Below, in pieces: positions 18,014-27,426 of a stretch of DNA of 64,000 bases (positions are counted from its first letter, which is position 1; each line of letters begins with the position of its first letter). The notes beneath the pieces were generated by a model. The model searched no databases. It saw only the letters and a program-made list of their open reading frames with translations, and was not told where the DNA came from. A program made the position numbers and the translations under genes. Source of the stretch: Smithellaceae bacterium. GTDB taxonomy: Bacteria; Desulfobacterota; Syntrophia; Syntrophales; Smithellaceae. The DNA lies in contig CAXXVL010000002.1 of the NCBI GenBank assembly GCA_963667845.2, forward strand, positions 2,240,001-2,304,000, in the 5' to 3' direction.

Positions 18014-19651
18014 ATGCCCATCACAGAAATTCTTGCGCGCAACGCCGCTCTTTACGGCGATGAAGTAAGCCTCATTGAAATCAACCCCGATATCAAAGAA
18101 AAGACAGCCAGCTGGAAAGATTACGAACTGGTCGAAACCAATCCCGAGAAGAGATATCGGCGGGAAATGACCTGGCGTGAATTTGACGACAAAGCCAACC
18201 GTCTGGCCAACTTCCTGCTCGGACGAGGTCTTGAAAAAGGCCGCAAGGTCGGGATCCTGCTCATGAACTGCCTGGAGTGGCTGCCGATCTATTTCGGTAT
18301 CCTGAAAACCGGCGCCCTTGCGGTACCGCTGAACTACCGTTATACGGAAGAGGAAATCAAATACTGCCTCGATCTGGCCGAATGCGACGTTCTGATCTTC
18401 GGGCCCGAATTCGTAGGCAGAGTCGCGGCGATCACGGAGAAAATCCCGAACATAAAAATGCGGCTGTTCTTAGGGCAGGACTGCCCCGCTTTTGCCGAAA
18501 GTTACTACGCGCTCACCGCCTGCTGTTCGTCCGCGGCTCCGAAAATAACGCTTTCCGACGATGACGACGCGGCCATCTATTTTTCATCCGGCACCACCGG
18601 ATTTCCCAAGGCAATCCTTCATGCGCATCGCGCCCTGACTTTAGCATGCGAAGTCGAAATGAACCACCACCGACAGACGCGCGAGGACAACTTCCTTTGC
18701 ATCCCGCCGCTGTACCACACCGGTGCCAAAATGCACTGGTTCGGCAGCTTTCTTGCCGGCAGCCGTGCCGTTCTGCTGCGCGGCGTCAAGCCGGAATGGA
18801 TCGTGAGAGCGGTATCCGAGGAACAGGTCACGATCGTCTGGCTTTTGGTTCCGTGGGCGCAGGATATTCTGGATGCCATCGACCGTGGCGATATCAAACT
18901 TGAAAACTATCAACTCGATCAGTGGCGGCTGATGCACATCGGCGCTCAGCCGGTTCCGCCGAGCCTGATCAAGCGCTGGATAAAGATTTTTCCCGGGCAC
19001 GAATATGACACCAACTACGGCCTGTCGGAATCAATCGGGCCGGGCTGCGTCCACCTCGGCATCGAAAATATTCATAAAGTCGGCGCGATCGGCAAGGCCG
19101 GCTACCTCTGGGAAGTGCAGATCGTCGATGAAAAAAACGGTCGGAAGGTTAAGCAGGGCGAGGTGGGCGAGCTCTGTGTCAAAGGCGCGGGCGTGATGAA
19201 ATGCTATTACAACAATCCGGAAGCCACCGCCGAAATACTGAAGGACGGCTGGCTGTATACAGGCGATATGGCGCGCATGGATGAAGACGGCTTTATTTAT
19301 CTGGTGGACCGCAAAAAGGACGTCATTATCACGGGCGGCGAGAACATCTATCCGGTGCAGATCGAAGATTTTCTGCGCACGCACGAAGCGATCAAGGATG
19401 TGGCGGTGATCGGCCTTCCCGACCATCGTCTGGGCGAAATCACGGCGGCGATCATTGAGCTCAGGCCGGGCTTTGCCGCGACCGAGACCGAGATCGCGCA
19501 GTTTTGCGCTGCGTTGCCGCGTTACAAACGTCCGCACAAGATCATTTTCGATACGGTGCCGCGCAATCCCACCGGCAAAATTGAAAAGCCGAAGCTCCGT
19601 GAAAAATATTGCGGCGGCATCAGCCTGGTGGAAATGGAAACGGAGAGTTAG
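18014..19651 (+). CDS. AMP-forming acyl-CoA synthetase
   Basis: YFSSGTTGFPKA, NYGLSE, GWLYTGD, VDRKKD...GGENIYP, PRNPTGKI. Confidence 0.93.
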   Translation: MPITEILARNAALYGDEVSLIEINPDIKEKTASWKDYELVETNPEKRYRREMTWREFDDKANRLANFLLGRGLEKGRKVGILLMNCLEWLPIYFGILKTGALAVPLNYRYTEEEIKYCLDLAECDVLIFGPEFVGRVAAITEKIPNIKMRLFLGQDCPAFAESYYALTACCSSAAPKITLSDDDDAAIYFSSGTTGFPKAILHAHRALTLACEVEMNHHRQTREDNFLCIPPLYHTGAKMHWFGSFLAGSRAVLLRGVKPEWIVRAVSEEQVTIVWLLVPWAQDILDAIDRGDIKLENYQLDQWRLMHIGAQPVPPSLIKRWIKIFPGHEYDTNYGLSESIGPGCVHLGIENIHKVGAIGKAGYLWEVQIVDEKNGRKVKQGEVGELCVKGAGVMKCYYNNPEATAEILKDGWLYTGDMARMDEDGFIYLVDRKKDVIITGGENIYPVQIEDFLRTHEAIKDVAVIGLPDHRLGEITAAIIELRPGFAATETEIAQFCAALPRYKRPHKIIFDTVPRNPTGKIEKPKLREKYCGGISLVEMETES

Positions 19652-19698
19652 CCGACCACTATAATATCTCATTCTGATCCGAAGATATCTCATCCGCT

Positions 19699-19788
19699 GC
19701 GGGACGAGCGTTAATTTCCTGTCGCTTGCTGCGAAATAGTGACGTTTACTTCATACCTCGACGGCTTGCTGCGCGGCGGTTGATTATT
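19699..19788 (-). repeat. dispersed palindromic element, copy 3
   Basis: GCGGGACGAGCGTTAATTTCCTGTCGCTTGCTGCGAAATAGTGACGTTTACTTCATACCTCGACGGCTTGCTGCGCGGCGGTTGATTATT. Confidence 0.88.
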
Positions 19789-19963
19789 CCTGAGCTTCGA
19801 CGTCCGAACCTTCTTTTTGTCCTGATGTCCCGGTACAGATTTGACTTGATAAAATAACGGCAGGATTGTACAAAAGATGCGAACAGGTAATTGTCCGAAG
19901 TATGCTGGGAATTACGGGTAAGACGTGCTTTTGGCGGGGATATCATAAACTGAGGAGAAAAAT

Positions 19964-20419
19964 ATGATTGCTTATCAACTCTCTGTGTTTGCGGAAGATA
20001 AACCGGGTCAGCTGGCCAGTGTGACAAGCGTTCTGTCCAAGGCCGAAATCAGTATCCGGGCGACAACCATATCGACTCACGGGACGTCCGGGGTGATCAA
20101 CCTGATCGTTGATGATCCGAAATCTGCGGAAAAGGCGCTGACCAAAGCCGGGATGACCGTGCACCTGAAGAATGTTCTGGCCGTTTTAATTCCCGACAAA
20201 CCCGGCGGATTGGACAAGCTGATGCAGCTTCTGTATCGGGAAGGCATCAATATCAACAACGCCTGCGGTTTTGTTTTGGAGTGCGCTGAAAGAGCCGTTT
20301 TTGTCGTTGATGTGGATCAGATCGAAAAAACGGAAAAGCTGATCGAGAAGAATGGATTTAAAACGCTGGATACGGAGGCGTTGTCGGCGATTGAGCCGTT
20401 CCACTATATGAAATACTGA
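19964..20419 (+). CDS. tandem ACT-domain protein
   Basis: QLSVFAEDKPGQLA and VLIPDKPGGL...GININ repeats; GAGGAG RBS. Confidence 0.88.
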   Translation: MIAYQLSVFAEDKPGQLASVTSVLSKAEISIRATTISTHGTSGVINLIVDDPKSAEKALTKAGMTVHLKNVLAVLIPDKPGGLDKLMQLLYREGININNACGFVLECAERAVFVVDVDQIEKTEKLIEKNGFKTLDTEALSAIEPFHYMKY

Positions 20420-20542
20420 CGGCACCCGAAAATGTCCAGATGCTGCGTTGCGCTTCATTTCGCGGCGCTGCGGCCTACGCAAAGTAGGCCTCACTTCGCG
20501 AAAATCGCCCGCCTTGCCTCCGACGCATTTGACGACATCATC
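20418..20542. repeat. palindromic intergenic element (MITE/REP-like)
   Basis: Central hairpin GGCCTAC-GCAAA-GTAGGCC nested within TTTCGCG...CGCGAAA, with weakly complementary ends; single copy in this window. Confidence 0.5.
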
Positions 20543-20567
20543 TTATCGTTTTAAGGGAGACAAAATC

Positions 20568-21002
20568 ATGACCCATATGGACAAAGGGAAATTTTTCAAG
20601 AAGCATCCGGAAGGGACAAAGATCGGCGATTCCCTGAAACAGGAGATTCTTAAACAGGCGAAAGACAATAACATCTCCTGCAAAGCGGCGGAAAAGATTT
20701 CTCTTGGCTTAAACACGCCCATGGACGAAATCGGCGTGGCGATCGACATGCTGAATATCAACATTGCGCAGTGTCAGCTCGGACTTTTCGGATACGAAGG
20801 CAAGTCGAAGCTCGTCGTCGCCGCGGCGTCCGTCTCACCCGAACTGGCATCCGGCATTAAAGCGGCGCTGGTCAAAAACCGGCTGCCCTGCACCGCGGCC
20901 TGGGAAATTGCGGACAGGTTTGGTATGAAGCGGCTGGATGTGTGCGCCGCCTGCGAAAAACTGAAGATCAGGATCAAACCCTGTCAACTCGGCGCTTTCT
21001 GA
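20568..21002 (+). CDS. hypothetical protein with two internal repeats, each ending in CQLGxF
   Basis: ISCKAAEKI...IAQCQLGLF and LPCTAAWEI...IKPCQLGAF; ATG at 20568 follows AAGGGAG. Confidence 0.8.
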   Translation: MTHMDKGKFFKKHPEGTKIGDSLKQEILKQAKDNNISCKAAEKISLGLNTPMDEIGVAIDMLNINIAQCQLGLFGYEGKSKLVVAAASVSPELASGIKAALVKNRLPCTAAWEIADRFGMKRLDVCAACEKLKIRIKPCQLGAF

Positions 21003-21081
21003 TGTGAATCGTGCGGGAACCCCGGTTCCAGCATGCCCGTGACCGCGAGAATGCTGAAGGTCATGGCGTCCTTTTTGATGC

Positions 21082-22980
21082 ATGAAAGAAGCGGTGAGCG
21101 ATATGATACTCAACTGGCCACCCATCTATAAAGAAAAACTGACGGACGCGAGAACCGCTTTGTCGCGGATTCGCCGTGGGGCGCGTATATTCATCGCCTC
21201 CGCCTGCGGGGAGCCGCAACTGCTGGTCAAAACGCTTCTGGATATGGCGCCGAGTTTTTCCGATGTGGAGGTCATCCATTTCCTTGATCTGGGGCTCACC
21301 GACTATACATCGGATATTTACACCGAGCATTTCCGGCATAACGCGCTCTTTATCGGCGCCAACGCCCGGGCGGCAATCAAGGCGGGCCATGCCGATTACA
21401 CCCCGATTTTTCTGTCCGAAGTGCCGCTGCTCATGGAGCGGGGTTCCATGCCCATCGATGTGGCCCTGATCACCGTGTCGCCGCCGGATATGAACGGTTA
21501 CGTCAGTCTGGGGATCTCGGTGGACATCACCAAGACGGCGGCGGAAGTGGCGCGTTATGTCGTGGCCGAAGTGAACACGAATATGCCCCGGACGCTGGGC
21601 GACAGTTTCCTGCACATCAGTCAGATTGGTGCTTTTGTGGAAAACAACACGCCGCTCCTCGAGTTTCAGCAAAAAGCTCCGGATGATATCGCGCAGGCCA
21701 TCGGCCGGCTCATCGCCGATCTGATTGACAATGAATCCACGATCCAGACCGGCGTGGGCAAGATTCCCAATTCGGTATTTCCTTACCTCACCAACAAAAA
21801 AGATCTGGGCGTCCACACGGAAACGTTTACCGATGGTCTGATCGATTTGGTGGAAAACGGCGTGGTGACCTGCCGAAAAAAAACACTGCATCCGGGAAAA
21901 ATTGTCGCGTCCTTTTGCATGGGCACAAGGCGCGTGTATGAATTTGTCGACAACAATCCTCTGTTTGAATTCCGTCCGAGCAAATACGTCAACGATCCCT
22001 ATGTGATCGCTCAAAATGACCGGATGGTGTCCATCAATTCCGCGCTGACCGTCGATCTGACCGGACAGGTTTGTTCGGATTCCCTCGGATTTGAGTTTTA
22101 CAGCGGCATTGGTGGACAGGTCGATTTCGTGCGGGGTTCGGCCATGTCCCGGCGCGGCAAGTCCATCATGGTCCTGCCCTCGACAACGGAGGATGGAACC
22201 ATTTCCCGGATCGTACCCTATCCCTCCGCGGGCAGCGGTGTGGTGGTCACCCGGGGCGACATTCACTACGTCGTGACGGAATACGGCATTGCCTACGTGC
22301 ACGGGAAATCTATCCGGGACCGGGCCATGATGCTCATCAGCATTGCCCATCCGAAATTTCGCGACGAGCTTCTGGAGGCCGCCAAACGCCAGGGTTACAT
22401 TTACCGCGATCAGACGCTACCGGCGGTTTTGTATCCAAAGGAATACGAAATCAACTTGACGGACAAGAAGTGTACATCTATATTTTTCCGCCCGGTGAAA
22501 GCAACGGATGAACGCGCCATTCAGGATCTGATTTACGGCCTGCCGGAACAGGATGTCTATACGCGGTTTTTTCAAAACCTGAAATCTTTCTCCCATAAAG
22601 TCGCCATGCCGCTGGCGGCCATTGATTACAACGATAGAATGGCCATTGCCGCGGTTATCGGCAAAGCGGAGCCCGAAAGCCGTGAAGAGATTGTTGCGAT
22701 CGGTCGTTATATCAATAATCCGAATACGCGTTATGCCGAAGTCGCTTTCACGACCCATCAGGACTGGCAGGACCGGGGCATCGGAACGTTTCTGCTCCGC
22801 TACTTGATCCGCATTGCGAAAGAGAAAAACATCGCCGGATTCACGGCGGATGTGCTTTCCCGCAATAAGCCGATGATGCAGGTGTTTGCCAAGTCCGGCT
22901 ATCCGATGACGACGCATCTGGATTCCGGTGTCTACGAACTGAAAATTAATTTCAGCGGTGACCAACAAGCTAAAGAATGA
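21082..22980 (+). CDS. acetyl-CoA hydrolase/CoA-transferase fused to a C-terminal GNAT domain
   Basis: IQTGVGKIP, DLGVHTE, YSGIGGQVDF.RG, VVTEYG, then AEVAF...WQDRGIGTFLL; the start may be ATG 21103. Confidence 0.92.
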   Translation: MKEAVSDMILNWPPIYKEKLTDARTALSRIRRGARIFIASACGEPQLLVKTLLDMAPSFSDVEVIHFLDLGLTDYTSDIYTEHFRHNALFIGANARAAIKAGHADYTPIFLSEVPLLMERGSMPIDVALITVSPPDMNGYVSLGISVDITKTAAEVARYVVAEVNTNMPRTLGDSFLHISQIGAFVENNTPLLEFQQKAPDDIAQAIGRLIADLIDNESTIQTGVGKIPNSVFPYLTNKKDLGVHTETFTDGLIDLVENGVVTCRKKTLHPGKIVASFCMGTRRVYEFVDNNPLFEFRPSKYVNDPYVIAQNDRMVSINSALTVDLTGQVCSDSLGFEFYSGIGGQVDFVRGSAMSRRGKSIMVLPSTTEDGTISRIVPYPSAGSGVVVTRGDIHYVVTEYGIAYVHGKSIRDRAMMLISIAHPKFRDELLEAAKRQGYIYRDQTLPAVLYPKEYEINLTDKKCTSIFFRPVKATDERAIQDLIYGLPEQDVYTRFFQNLKSFSHKVAMPLAAIDYNDRMAIAAVIGKAEPESREEIVAIGRYINNPNTRYAEVAFTTHQDWQDRGIGTFLLRYLIRIAKEKNIAGFTADVLSRNKPMMQVFAKSGYPMTTHLDSGVYELKINFSGDQQAKE

Positions 22981-23015
22981 TCCTCCAACCATAGAAAGAC
23001 CAAGGCGCAATCAAC

Positions 23016-23969
23016 ATGGAAACCAGACGAAGTTTTATTAAGAAAAGCGCCATCCTCTGTGCGGCCGCCGGCGTGCCGCTTACGTTTTCGGCCCCGGTGC
23101 AGGCCGCGCCAAGAGAATTAAAGACCCGCAATCCGAAGCGCGCGCTGGTCTTATGTTACAGCCAGTCGGGATTCACCAGCCGGTACGGCAAACTGATCGC
23201 CTGCAGCCTGAAAGACAAGGGCGTTCATACTGAGCTGGCCGATATGCGGACCTTTGACAGACAACGGCTGACGGATTACGATTTCATTTTGATCGGCTCG
23301 CCGGTGTTTTATTACGATATCCCATCCAATGTAAGCGACTGGCTCGCGGCGGCGCCGGCAATTACGGGAATACCGGTTGCGGCGTTTGTTTCTTTCGGCG
23401 GGCCGGAAGGCAATCAGCATAATGCCCTGTGCCACATCCTGCATCTGCTGGCTGAAAAAGGCGGCGTTCCCGTGGGCCTTGACGCCTTTCGCAGCATTGC
23501 GGCCTATCCGACGCCTGGCTGGGACAGCGCCAATCAGCGTGCGGGTGAGCATTTGCCCAATGAAGATACCTACAATCAGGTGCGCGACTTTACCCGCCAG
23601 ATTTTGGAACGCGTCCAACAGGGCCGGCCCATTGCCTATGCGTCCACGGTCGAGCTTCGGGAAATGGCGCGGATGCTGCCTCTGGTCTGGCTCAACAAAA
23701 AAGGGATCAGCAAGCATACGGTCGATGCCGCCAAATGCATTTTGTGCCGGACCTGCATGAAAATGTGCCCGGCGGCAGCCATTCACCCGGAGAAACAGTT
23801 TGTGGACCGTGAGAGATGCCTGGCCTGCTTCGGATGCCTCAACAACTGCCCGGCCCAGGCCGTTGTCATGGAGTACCGCGGTAAACGCCTGTATGGCTTC
23901 CCGGAATACCTCAAGCGCAGAAAGATCACCATTTTGGAGCCTTCGGAATTTCAGCATTGCAGCCTTTGA
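23016..23969 (+). CDS. EFR1-like flavodoxin-ferredoxin fusion with twin-arginine signal
   Basis: TRRSFIK plus hydrophobic region and VQA; YSQSGFT and GSPVFY (flavodoxin-like); CILCRTCMKMCP and CLACFGCLNNCP. Confidence 0.82.
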   Translation: METRRSFIKKSAILCAAAGVPLTFSAPVQAAPRELKTRNPKRALVLCYSQSGFTSRYGKLIACSLKDKGVHTELADMRTFDRQRLTDYDFILIGSPVFYYDIPSNVSDWLAAAPAITGIPVAAFVSFGGPEGNQHNALCHILHLLAEKGGVPVGLDAFRSIAAYPTPGWDSANQRAGEHLPNEDTYNQVRDFTRQILERVQQGRPIAYASTVELREMARMLPLVWLNKKGISKHTVDAAKCILCRTCMKMCPAAAIHPEKQFVDRERCLACFGCLNNCPAQAVVMEYRGKRLYGFPEYLKRRKITILEPSEFQHCSL

Positions 23970-24073
23970 TGATACATCTTGACGGATGCCGAAAGAATCC
24001 ATTAGTATGAAGTCGGCTGTCGTCAACCCGTAGACTGCAAACGGCCGCAATCCATCGTCGGGGATCAAATATT

Positions 24074-25378
24074 TTGGAAATTCTTGTTATTGCCCTGTTG
24101 CTCATATTCAATGGCATTTTTGCCATGTATGAGATTGCTCTGGTCTCTGCGCGACGCTCCAGTCTGGAGGATGAAGCGAAATCCGGACGAATGGGGGCCG
24201 GGACGGCGCTCGAGCTTCTCAGGGAGCCGGAGAAAGTCCTTTCGGCCATCCAGGTGGGCATCACGCTCATCGGCATCGTATCCGGTGCTTACGGCGGTCT
24301 GACCCTTGCGGGTGATGTCGCCCCCCTCTTTAAGAACGTTGCATTTCTTGCTCCTTATGCCCACGCGCTTTCCATCATCATCGTCGTGGGCGTCATCACC
24401 TACCTGTCGCTCATTATCGGCGAGCTTGTGCCGAAAACGATTGCGCTCAACAACGCGGAAGCGATTGCGATTGTCCTGTCGCCGGCCATGAAACTCTTCA
24501 GCTCCTTCACGTATCCGATTGTATGGATTCTAAGCGTTTCGACAAAGCTCATTCTGCAATTCTTCGGGATTGAAAATCGCCGGGAGACGCCGGTGACGGA
24601 AGAAGAGCTGCGGATGGTTATCCAAAAGGGTTCCGAGCACGGCGTCATTGAAAAAGAAGAATCCGACATGATGAATGAAGTTATCCGTTTCGGCGACAAA
24701 CGGGCGAGCTCACTCATGACCCCGCGCGTGGATGTTATCTGGCTGGATATTCATCAGGCCCAGGAGGAAATATTGTCGGAGGCGTTGAAATCGTCCTATC
24801 CCCGGCTGCTGGTATGTGAAGATGAGGTTGATCAAATCAAAGGGGTCGTGAATGTCAAGGACGTGCTGGCCTACTACATCCAGCAGCGGACGGTGCGTCT
24901 GGAAGACATCCTGTTTGAACCGGTCTATATTCCGGAGCAGGCGCCGGCGCTCAAGGTGCTGGAGCTGTTCCGCAAAACAAAAAGGCATTTCGGGGTTGTC
25001 ATCAACGAATACGGGTCCGTGGAAGGAATCATCACGCTGCATGATCTCACGGAAAATATCATGGGCGATTTACCGGCCCTGGGGGACCTTGATCAGCCGG
25101 AGATTTTTCAGCGCGAAGACGGGTCTTACCTGATGGACGGATCAACGAAAGTGGAAGACGTCGAGGATCTGTTCGCCGTTTATTCGCTTTTCGAAGATGA
25201 GGATGAACGGCCGGACATCAACACCCTGGGCGGGCTGGCCATGTACCAGCTCAACCGCATTCCGAAAATCGGCGATACCTTCTCGGCCGGCGGGTATCTG
25301 TTTGAAATTATCGATATGGACGGCAACCGGGTCGACAAATTACTGGTGAAAAAAATCGCATCCGCTGAAAAAGAATAA
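24074..25378 (+). CDS. HlyC/CorC (CNNM) family membrane protein with CBS domains
   Basis: NGIFAMYEIALVSAR, IQVGITLI, GELVPK, MTPR, NEYGSVEGIITL.D, DMDGNRVDK; TTG start. Confidence 0.92.
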   Translation: MEILVIALLLIFNGIFAMYEIALVSARRSSLEDEAKSGRMGAGTALELLREPEKVLSAIQVGITLIGIVSGAYGGLTLAGDVAPLFKNVAFLAPYAHALSIIIVVGVITYLSLIIGELVPKTIALNNAEAIAIVLSPAMKLFSSFTYPIVWILSVSTKLILQFFGIENRRETPVTEEELRMVIQKGSEHGVIEKEESDMMNEVIRFGDKRASSLMTPRVDVIWLDIHQAQEEILSEALKSSYPRLLVCEDEVDQIKGVVNVKDVLAYYIQQRTVRLEDILFEPVYIPEQAPALKVLELFRKTKRHFGVVINEYGSVEGIITLHDLTENIMGDLPALGDLDQPEIFQREDGSYLMDGSTKVEDVEDLFAVYSLFEDEDERPDINTLGGLAMYQLNRIPKIGDTFSAGGYLFEIIDMDGNRVDKLLVKKIASAEKE

Positions 25379-25395
25379 CGGCCCTTGACGCGACG

Positions 25396-26115
25396 TCACC
25401 GACGGGCCGCATGAAGTTCGATGTATCGTTCCAGCAGCTTCATCATCATGGCCGCGTTACTGCGGGTGCCCGCGATAATTTCTTCCATGGTGAGGGGCTC
25501 TTCGACGAGTCCGTTGCCGTAATTGTCAATGGAACAGGCCGAGGCGTAAGCCAGACCCATTTCGAGGGCAATGACCGCTTCGTTGGCCATCGTCATGCCG
25601 ACCACGTCGGCGAAATTTGCCATCATCCTGATTTCCGCTTTGGTTTCCAGCCGGGGACCGGTGACCTGCCAGTAGGTTCCCGCTTGCGCAACATTCAGGT
25701 TGCAGTCCTGCGCTGCCGCGATCAGCCCGCCGCGGACGGATTCGCTCAAGGAGGGCGTGATGTGGACGGCCTTGCTGTGATGAATGGAGGGTGTCGCCGT
25801 GAGCGTGATAAAATCATCGGGAATGACGATCATGCCCGGTCGGAGGCTCTTCTTCAGGGACCCGGTCGAGTTGATCCCGATCACGTCGCTTGCGCCAAAA
25901 TCCTTCAACGCCTGAAGATTTGCGTGATGATTGATCCTGTGGGGCAGAATATACTCGGCGGGGTCATCCCCGTGGCGGAGGATAAAAACCATCTGATCCG
26001 TGACCATTACCTGCGCTTCCCCGTATGGATTCCTGATCGTATGCTTGTTGCATTTTTTAGTCAGGCCGCTTCTTTCCATCAAAATCGTTCCGGCGAGCAC
26101 TCCCACGCGTTCCAT
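25396..26115 (-). CDS. MTAP-family purine nucleoside phosphorylase
   Basis: RHG...PHRIN, STGSL, GPRLETKAE, DVVGMT.A.E, SIDNY; start MERV at 26115 with CAGGAGG RBS. Confidence 0.88.
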   Translation of the reverse strand: MERVGVLAGTILMERSGLTKKCNKHTIRNPYGEAQVMVTDQMVFILRHGDDPAEYILPHRINHHANLQALKDFGASDVIGINSTGSLKKSLRPGMIVIPDDFITLTATPSIHHSKAVHITPSLSESVRGGLIAAAQDCNLNVAQAGTYWQVTGPRLETKAEIRMMANFADVVGMTMANEAVIALEMGLAYASACSIDNYGNGLVEEPLTMEEIIAGTRSNAAMMMKLLERYIELHAARR

Positions 26116-26260
26116 ATCGTCCTCCTGAAAATTTTTGAATTTATAACAGATACGGCAAATACAGTCAAAAAAGAAAGGTCTTTTGCAGCGGCAAATAGCA
26201 TTTGACTTTTTTTGCTGCGCTGTGACATATAGCACAAAATACAAAAGGGGGGCGTGGATA

Positions 26261-26590
26261 ATGAGCAGCCAACTTTTAGGGGTGGCCACCGACGAGAATT
26301 TTGAGGGAGAAGTCCTGAAGAGCGATAAGCCGGTTCTCATTGATTTCTGGGCGCCCTGGTGCGGACCCTGCAAGGCCATCGGACCCCTCGTTGAAGAGCT
26401 CGCCGCGGAGTATCAGGATAAGATTAAAGTCTTGAAGCTCAATGTTGACGACAGTCAAAAATCGGCGGTTGCGTACGGCGTTCGCAGTATCCCTACTCTC
26501 ATCGTGTTTAAGGATGGTAAAGTATCGAACACCCTCATCGGCCTCGTGTCGAAAGAGAAACTCGAAGAATTTATCAAAAAAAGCATGTGA
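26261..26590 (+). CDS. trxA: thioredoxin
   Basis: DFWAPWCGPCK, VRSIPTL. Confidence 0.95.
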   Translation: MSSQLLGVATDENFEGEVLKSDKPVLIDFWAPWCGPCKAIGPLVEELAAEYQDKIKVLKLNVDDSQKSAVAYGVRSIPTLIVFKDGKVSNTLIGLVSKEKLEEFIKKSM

Positions 26591-26651
26591 TCGTCCGCTA
26601 AAATTGAACGGAAACTCAATCAATCTCCATTCATCTTGCATAGGAATTTGC

Positions 26652-27422
26652 GTGAAGTTAAAAAAAATCAGCATTGTGGCGGTCTTTCTGTTGCTTCTCG
26701 GCGGCTGTTCCTTCGATATGCCAAACATCGTGAAGGGGAACATCTATGACTTTTTCGTAAAAAAAGAGCCGTTGAAGTCCACGCCGGAAGCTCTTTACGC
26801 GCGCGGCTCGGCCGAGTATCAGAACGGCAGTTATAAGAAAGCGCGGGAAGTCTTCGTCCGTCTTAAGGAAGAGTATCCGCTTCATGAGCTCGCCATTCTG
26901 GCCGAACTGGGTATCGCTGATTCTTTTTACAGCGACAAAGAATATGCCGATGCGGAAGTCGCCTACCGCGATTTTGCGATGCTTTACCCGACGAATGAAA
27001 ACGTTCCCTATGCGATATACCAGACCGGGATGTGCCACTTCGTCCAGATAGGAGCGATTGACCGGGACCAGACGGAAACCATCAAGGCCCAAAAAGAGTT
27101 TAAAAGGCTCATTGCCCTTTTTCCGCAAAGTAAATTTTCTCTGCTGGCCGAAAAAATGATCCGGGAGTGCAAAACGCAACTGGCCAAACACGAGTTCTAC
27201 ATCGGGAATTTTTATTTTAAGCAGAAAAAGTACGATGCCGCCCTGAAACGGTTTGAAGGGATCACACGCGATTACGCCGGTGTGGGCGTGGATTTGAAGG
27301 TCGAATCCTACATTGCGGAAACAAAAGCGCGCCTTGCCCAGGAAGAACAGGACCGGAAACTCAAAGAAGAAAAAGAGAAAGCGAAAGCGAAAACAAAGGG
27401 CAAAGAAACGCCCAAACCATAG
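26652..27422 (+). CDS. bamD: outer membrane assembly lipoprotein BamD
   Basis: Lipobox LLGGC, TPR-like helices, YPTNENVPYAIY, DRDQT, LAKHEFYIGNFY; GTG start inferred. Confidence 0.88.
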   Translation: MKLKKISIVAVFLLLLGGCSFDMPNIVKGNIYDFFVKKEPLKSTPEALYARGSAEYQNGSYKKAREVFVRLKEEYPLHELAILAELGIADSFYSDKEYADAEVAYRDFAMLYPTNENVPYAIYQTGMCHFVQIGAIDRDQTETIKAQKEFKRLIALFPQSKFSLLAEKMIRECKTQLAKHEFYIGNFYFKQKKYDAALKRFEGITRDYAGVGVDLKVESYIAETKARLAQEEQDRKLKEEKEKAKAKTKGKETPKP

Positions 27423-27426
27423 CCAT

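Noticed and set aside
21061..22350. Long antisense ORFs (429 aa here; also 15905-16768, 23151-24068, 60992-61867, 62603-63511 and others)
   Set aside because: They lie opposite or out of frame with well-supported genes and have no motifs; typical shadow ORFs of GC-rich codon usage.
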